Source: a virus (Duplodnaviria; Caudoviricetes). Taken from it: 50,101 nucleotides of DNA. The stretch spans positions 1-50,101 of IMG/VR virus record IMGVR_UViG_3300033143_002021; one strand, given 5' to 3'. Positions 49,988 through 50,101 of this stretch are shown piece by piece; position 1 is the stretch's first letter, and each line of letters begins with the position of its first letter. Below the pieces are notes generated by a model. The model saw only the letters and a list, made by a program, of their open reading frames with translations. It made no database searches and had not been told where the DNA came from. The position numbers were made by a program, and so were the translations under genes.

Positions 49988-50101
49988 TTTGCTCGGCTAC
50001 TGCTTTGTTGTAGCCATCAATAAACAATGGCATTTCATAACTAGCTTGTTCAATTTGTTCTTTGCTTAACTCTACATCTTTCAATATAGCTTTTATGGTT
50101 T
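49988..50101. repeat. Terminal direct repeat, right copy
   Basis: Identical to 1-114. Confidence 0.97.

Overview
This window is an apparently complete dsDNA tailed-phage genome of about 49,987 bp. Bases 1-114 equal 49988-50101, and a minus-strand ORF reads through the join. Gene content suggests a podovirus-like morphotype: TerS/TerL, portal, scaffold, capsid, adaptor, nozzle and two ejection proteins, with no tape measure or tail tube. It also has a lambda-like replication and recombination module (iteron-containing initiator, DnaB-like helicase, gp32-like SSB, RecA, NinG, SF2 helicase, PD-(D/E)XK nuclease), CHAP and SLT muralytic enzymes, and an early minus-strand arm of small genes including ArdC-like and YopX. 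I found no integrase, CRISPR array, reverse transcriptase or canonical tRNA. Five things stand out. (1) About 12 glycan-building or glycan-decorating enzymes are interleaved with head genes, next to a nearly proline-free, acidic Gly-X-Thr collagen fibre with a C1q/BclA-like domain, which suggests a phage-encoded virion glycocalyx system. (2) An unannotated 49-aa secreted pre-peptide with AimP/Phr-like architecture has no recognisable receptor in the genome. (3) A late promoter class, TTACA(A)-N17-TATACTTAAA, occurs with a stand-alone sigma region-4-like protein upstream of the portal. (4) Leaderless promoters are used throughout. (5) There are several structured intergenic RNA candidates and repeated hairpin/RBS modules. 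All family calls come from motif recognition by eye and have not been verified by database search.
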